Source: an uncultured Thioalkalispiraceae bacterium (GTDB taxonomy: Bacteria; Pseudomonadota; Gammaproteobacteria; UBA6429; Thiohalophilaceae). Taken from it: 35,286 nt of DNA. Each line of letters opens with the position of its first letter. Position 1 is the stretch's first letter. Both the position numbers and the translations under genes were made by a program. Below, piece after piece: positions 35,144 to 35,286 of this stretch. Location: assembly GCA_964472525.1 (NCBI GenBank), contig CAYYLL010000033.1, positions 1-35,286 of the forward strand. Reading direction: 5' to 3'. Below the pieces are notes generated by a model, which ran no database searches, was not told the origin of the DNA, and was given only the letters and a program-made list of their open reading frames with translations.

Positions 35144-35286
35144 CTTAAACAAAATGGAGAAAACATAAAATCTCAATATGCCGTTATTTTACTACACGGT
35201 TTATTAAAGGTATGAAAGATTTATTAGTTGTTCTGTAATCCCCCCGAAAAATAACAGGCGTTTTAAGTAGAAAATTCTCGTAAACT

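Noticed and set aside
35108-35146. Tiny ORF MYAKKIYLGIHT
   Set aside because: It is simply the reading of the 12-bp-arm palindrome; no SD.

Overview
The window holds two parts, read from an AT-rich gammaproteobacterial chromosome. Positions 1-21500 are a conserved polar-flagellum locus of the Vibrio, Shewanella or Pseudomonas type. On the minus strand it runs: partial response-regulator start, an unknown 191-aa protein, fliT-like, fliS, fliD, flaG, flagellin, then flgL, K, J, I, H, G, F, E, D, C, B, cheR and cheV. On the plus strand, diverging from cheV, are flgA, flgM, flgN and a PilZ/YcgR-like protein. A candidate sigma54 promoter precedes flgB, and candidate sigma28 elements precede flgM and cheV. 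A tRNA-Arg(CCU) gene lies at 21578-21654. Directly at its 3' end, about 10 kb of accessory DNA follows (21657 to about 31230). It reads as AT-rich, has no integrase, and looks decayed and mobile-element-derived. It contains:
- An FHA-domain protein plus a 268-aa coiled-coil orphan.
- An intact HTH 'mobile mystery protein A' followed by what looks like a nonsense-riddled Fic-type partner.
- A remarkable in-frame-deleted mini-RtcB (122 aa) that keeps the RtcB N-terminus and the SCSHGAGR histidine motif.
- A tiny SEC-C-like Cys-motif protein.
- A 317-aa orphan and a transmembrane-less SPFH/band-7 protein.
- A leftward-transcribed, phage-style tRNA array. Its members are Ile(GAU)-like, Gln(UUG), Arg(ACG)-like with a 30-nt T-loop insertion, Lys(UUU) with an atypical core, His(GUG) and Asn(GUU), plus at least three tRNA fragments. 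An HNH endonuclease, Shine-Dalgarno (SD)-preceded micro-ORFs, a 47-bp repeat family, strong hairpins and a bidirectional terminator are interspersed.

My main hypothesis is that this island is a relic of a mobile tRNA-supply or tRNA-repair cargo. It would supply spare, structurally variant tRNAs of the isoacceptors classically cut by anticodon nucleases, alongside an RtcB-type ligase. This is an inference only. To the right are a Cro/CI-like divergent pair (a 60-aa protein and an HTH-XRE protein) and an XRE-regulated PspA/IM30-like gene translationally coupled to a 445-aa polytopic membrane protein. All calls are by eye from the sequence; no database search or tRNA covariance model was run.
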